A stretch of 64,000 nt of DNA. It comes from a bacterium (GTDB lineage Bacteria; Electryoneota; Electryoneia; Electryoneales; Electryoneaceae). Position numbers and translations under genes: made by a program. This document shows positions 61,937-64,000 of the stretch, piece after piece (positions within the stretch are counted from its first letter, which is position 1; the number at the start of each line of letters is the position of its first letter). The stretch covers positions 1,743,515 through 1,807,514 of the forward strand of contig OY769902.1 in assembly GCA_963669175.1 (NCBI GenBank), written 5' to 3'. The notes beneath the pieces were generated by a model. The model worked only from the letters and a program-made list of their open reading frames with translations. It made no database searches and was not told where the DNA came from.

Positions 61937-62830
61937 ATGAAAGTGGCGTTAAGCGCAGTCCAGCCTGGAATGGTATTGGCTGAAGATATTCGTATTGATA
62001 GGCGTGTTTACTATCATCGAGGGGAGCGTATATCAAAATCTGACTTGAAGGTACTGAAATCGCTTCGTGTTAAGAGTCTTCACATCGATGAGAACGCCGA
62101 TAAGCCGGAAAGCCGTGAGGGGTTTCTCTCGGATAAGCTGCGTGAAGAAGCTGTTGCTGAAGTGCGCCGTACCTACCTGGATTTTCACCTGATTACCCCG
62201 CGCAGGTTTGATGCCATACGCACTGTGGGCGAGAAAATCGTCGATGAAATTCTCAGTCAGAATACCTTCAATTTTTCATCAATGGCGTTGCGTACTTACG
62301 ATGATTACACCTTCCATCATTCAGTAAATGTTACTTCGGTATCGGTAGCGCTCGGTTCGCAGATGGGGTTGCCCGAACGTGAGCTGAAAGGGCTGGCAGC
62401 AGGCGCTTTGATGCATGACATCGGGAAAATGCGGATACCGGAATTGATTCTGCAAAAGAATGGTCGGCTTGAACCGACAGAACGTGATTTTATCAACCGA
62501 CACCCGGAATGGGGCTTCGATATCCTGTCAGAACAGACCGCCAGCGACCCGGTAATCTGGGGGGTGGCACACCAGCATCATGAGGCAATGGATGGGTCCG
62601 GATATCCCAACGCGAAGACCGGACGCAATATTCATCCGTGGGCCAGGATTGTCATGGTGGCTGATATCTGGGATGCGTTGCGCAGTGACCGGCCTTATAA
62701 ACCTGCCTGGTCAGTTGGGGATACTTTCGGGTACATGAACAGTGCGGAAATGACAAAGAAACTGGACCCGGAAGCGCTCAACGCCATGAATCAAATGATC
62801 GCTGTTGAAGACACCTGCATGTCTGAATAG
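61937..62830 (+). CDS. HD-GYP domain protein (probable c-di-GMP phosphodiesterase)
   Basis: HD motif (ALMHDIGK) and HHEAMDGSGYP (HD-GYP signature). An N-terminal domain of about 110 aa precedes it. Confidence 0.8.
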   Translation: MKVALSAVQPGMVLAEDIRIDRRVYYHRGERISKSDLKVLKSLRVKSLHIDENADKPESREGFLSDKLREEAVAEVRRTYLDFHLITPRRFDAIRTVGEKIVDEILSQNTFNFSSMALRTYDDYTFHHSVNVTSVSVALGSQMGLPERELKGLAAGALMHDIGKMRIPELILQKNGRLEPTERDFINRHPEWGFDILSEQTASDPVIWGVAHQHHEAMDGSGYPNAKTGRNIHPWARIVMVADIWDALRSDRPYKPAWSVGDTFGYMNSAEMTKKLDPEALNAMNQMIAVEDTCMSE

Positions 62831-62992
62831 CGACAAGGTTATCCTGCAGACGATTCAGTTAATGTACTTTATCGAATTATTATTCCACAAAATTGCATGA
62901 TTATACTGTCCCCGTGCCCCAAAAGGGATTTGAAATCTCTTTGGAGTTCCGCTTGCCGTGTCCCTATCTTGCTATCTTAGCATTGCCATTCA

Positions 62993-63040
62993 TACACTAG
63001 TGGATCAATCAGATTGGGTAAAACGGTCCACTAAGCACTT
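62993..63040. promoter_or_regulatory. conserved bipartite palindromic motif (copy 2)
   Basis: ataCACTAGTGGATCA-n19-TCCACTAA, ending about 27 bp before the ATG of the second HD-GYP gene. Confidence 0.4.
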
Positions 63041-63066
63041 TTCACGTTGAACCTGGGTAATCGTCC

Positions 63067-64000
63067 ATGCACCTCGTAAGTGTCAATAAGCTGAAACCAG
63101 GTGATGTTGTCGGGAAACCAGTTTTTACCAGCGCCAGCGACATGCTGCTGGCGGCGGGCCAGGAACTGAGTACGCCAATGATCCAAAACCTCGTACGAAG
63201 AGGTTTTACTTATATATATGTACAGGATGGTGTCGCTGACGATATCGCGCCTTCGCAAGTCGTATCGGATACGCTGCGCCGTATGGTCAGCACGGAAATC
63301 AGCCAGGCCTACCAGAAAGTCAAGAATACCCCGGTCTATACTGCGATTAAGACGGAAACAGTTCAGAAAAGGCTGGAGAACGACCCCAAGCTGAAAGACC
63401 TGTTTACGGTTGCAGCGTTTCGCAAGCAGGCTTTGCACCTGCTGAACAATGTAGTCGATAACAATATCAGGGTCTTTTCCGCGCTTCCGGTGCGTTCGGA
63501 TGATACAGAACAATTTCAACATGCTGTTGATACAGCGCTGTTGTGTATTCTTGTCGGTCGTGAGCTTCATCTTGGCTGGCAGGATTTGCAGGTACTGACG
63601 ACGGCGGCAATGCTGCATGACATTGGTAAAGTACTTCTGTTAGAGGCTCGTCCTTCACTTCGAGAGACGAAAGGTGAGCAACTTCAAAAGGCGTTGGAGT
63701 CACACCCGGAGTATGCTGCTTCTTTGCTGAAGCACAGCGACCCGGACAGCTCCAAAGAACAGATCATTGTGCAGCAACACCATGAAAGATTGAATGGATC
63801 AGGTTATCCCGCTCGTCTGCGTGGCAAAGATATCGCACCGTTACAGATCAGCCAGTATGATACGGGTACAATTTCTGGATTATCTATGGTCCTGGCTGTT
63901 GTAAACCACTATGATAATCTGTTATCAGGGAAAACCAATGGCACTCTTCATTCTCCCGAAGATGCGATTAAGCAGCTTGTTCTCGAAGCCGGTGAAAGCT
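63067..64000 (+). CDS. HD-GYP domain protein, paralog (partial; 3' end beyond window)
   Basis: Hand-translated from ATG 63067 to the window edge. MLHDIGK and HHERLNGSGYP motifs. N-terminal domain similar to that of 61937..62830. Absent from the ORF track because it has no stop in the window. Confidence 0.75.
   Translation, partial: MHLVSVNKLKPGDVVGKPVFTSASDMLLAAGQELSTPMIQNLVRRGFTYIYVQDGVADDIAPSQVVSDTLRRMVSTEISQAYQKVKNTPVYTAIKTETVQKRLENDPKLKDLFTVAAFRKQALHLLNNVVDNNIRVFSALPVRSDDTEQFQHAVDTALLCILVGRELHLGWQDLQVLTTAAMLHDIGKVLLLEARPSLRETKGEQLQKALESHPEYAASLLKHSDPDSSKEQIIVQQHHERLNGSGYPARLRGKDIAPLQISQYDTGTISGLSMVLAVVNHYDNLLSGKTNGTLHSPEDAIKQLVLEAGES

Overview
64-kb chromosomal window from a diderm bacterium, roughly 52% GC by eye. 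Encoded proteins are recognisable but divergent from model-organism versions, so I cannot assign a taxon. All product calls come from motif recognition in the translated ORFs, not from database searches. Content is mostly housekeeping: glnS, prfA-prmC, alr, dapB, dapA, glnB-glnA, a YchF-like ATPase, cls, a tightly packed plus-strand operon (truA-tal-htrA-purB-purC-psd-pssA-purS-purQ-tatC-tatA-glutaminyl cyclase), a PIN/PhoH ATPase, an MCP chemoreceptor and two HD-GYP proteins. Between these sit cell-envelope genes and an unusually dense set of intergenic repeats: two MITE-like elements with matching terminal inverted repeats (family A), four copies of a roughly 250-bp hairpin-rich element (family B), a 26-bp x7 tandem array, an 18-bp x4 tandem array, a G-rich heptamer tract, phased A-tract arrays, and (AGGAT)n modules around dapB, dapA and glnA. 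One apparently intact IS with an IS4/IS701-type DDE transposase is present. The most unusual coding features are: (1) a LIM-type double zinc finger fused to an HExxH peptidase with a Tat-like signal, heading a four-gene envelope module with a FecR-domain protein and a roughly 900-aa outer-membrane barrel; (2) a lipoprotein joining a collagen-like GXY repeat to a nine-heme c-type cytochrome; (3) a divergently transcribed pair of Omp85-like paralogs; (4) an AT-rich orphan gene inserted between dapB and dapA. I found no rRNA, tRNA or CRISPR array by eye. Start codons were re-derived where a signal peptide, RBS or ATGA overlap made a better start obvious. ORFs truncated by the window edges are missing from the supplied track and were added by hand.
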